The translations under genes were made by a program, and so were the position numbers. Under the pieces are notes generated by a model. The model had not been told where the DNA came from. It saw only the letters and a program-made list of their open reading frames with translations, and ran no database searches. This document shows, in pieces, positions 63,342 through 64,000 of a stretch of DNA of 64,000 bases (positions within the stretch are counted from its first letter, which is position 1; each line of letters begins with the position of its first letter). The DNA is taken from positions 62,001-126,000 of the forward strand of contig RSEE01000045.1 of assembly GCA_003971905.1 (NCBI GenBank), given 5' to 3'. The DNA is from Moniliella sp. 'wahieum'. Its lineage: Eukaryota.

Positions 63342-64000
63342 CGTGGCGGGATGGGCGGGGAGGGGCAAGTGAGGCGGGGGTGGGGCGACGGGGAGGGAAT
63401 GGGATCGGCGAGGGCCGGAGTGCGGGCGAGGGCGTGGGATATATACGGGAGCGGGCGCGGGCAGAATGCACATTCGGCAGCCAAAGCACCGCCGGGGCGT
63501 CGTGCTGCGGGCTGCGCTGTGCTGCCTGCCGTGCCCTGCGTCGCCGCGGCCGCGCCATGGACCGCCCGGGGCGACCTGCGCGCGTCGGCGGCACAACACC
63601 TGCCCCCGTGCGGGCCCCGGCCAGGTCACGCGTCACGCGTCATGCAGGTGTGCCTCTGCGCTGCCACACCGCCGCCACAGCGCCCCGCCGCCGCCCCCCG
63701 CGCAGCCGCCGATTCGGTTGGGCAGCGGGCTGCCTCTATGCCGCCCGCCGACACCTGCCCGTGGCATGAAACCAACACGCAGCAGCTTCTACGTTCCATG
63801 CCTCTCACGCGTCACTTGCACGTCACACGCTGCTCTGCAACGCTGCCTCTGCGCTGCGCCTCCCCCGCCCGCGGGCATCCGCGGCCCGCCAATCCCGCGG
63901 CGCTGCGGATGCTTTGCTTGGCACTGCCCCACTGCCCCGCAGGTTTTTCTCGCTGGCTCACGCTCTCCCGCTGAGCAGCACCCATTCAGTTCATGCCTTC

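Overview
Eukaryotic, GC-rich, intron-poor fungal DNA, probably a basidiomycete yeast (inferred from gene content and GT..AG introns with CTAAC/CTGAC-type branch points). About 14 protein genes are recognisable: Cdc25-like SH3/RasGEF, a membrane-anchored protein of unknown function, a GNAT, KRE6/SKN1, HAS1, an expansin/RlpA-like secreted protein, a RhoGAP, EGD2, an EamA transporter, a maltose O-acetyltransferase, a Zn2Cys6 factor, TRS130, LDB17, a Rec114-like protein and a PDR-type ABC transporter. There are also two tRNA genes (Thr-CGT; intron-containing Phe-GAA) and two related solo LTRs with target-site duplications. Nearly all CDSs are broken by single-base indels that look like long-read assembly errors, so CDS boundaries are approximate. 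The most striking unexplained signal is non-coding. Most promoters and intergenic regions carry 7-bp-period arrays of TGA/TCA (sometimes TAA) separated by a 4-bp palindrome whose sequence varies, even within one array. Equivalently, these are strings of different ANNNNT hexameric palindromes spaced by one base, so symmetry is conserved and sequence is not.
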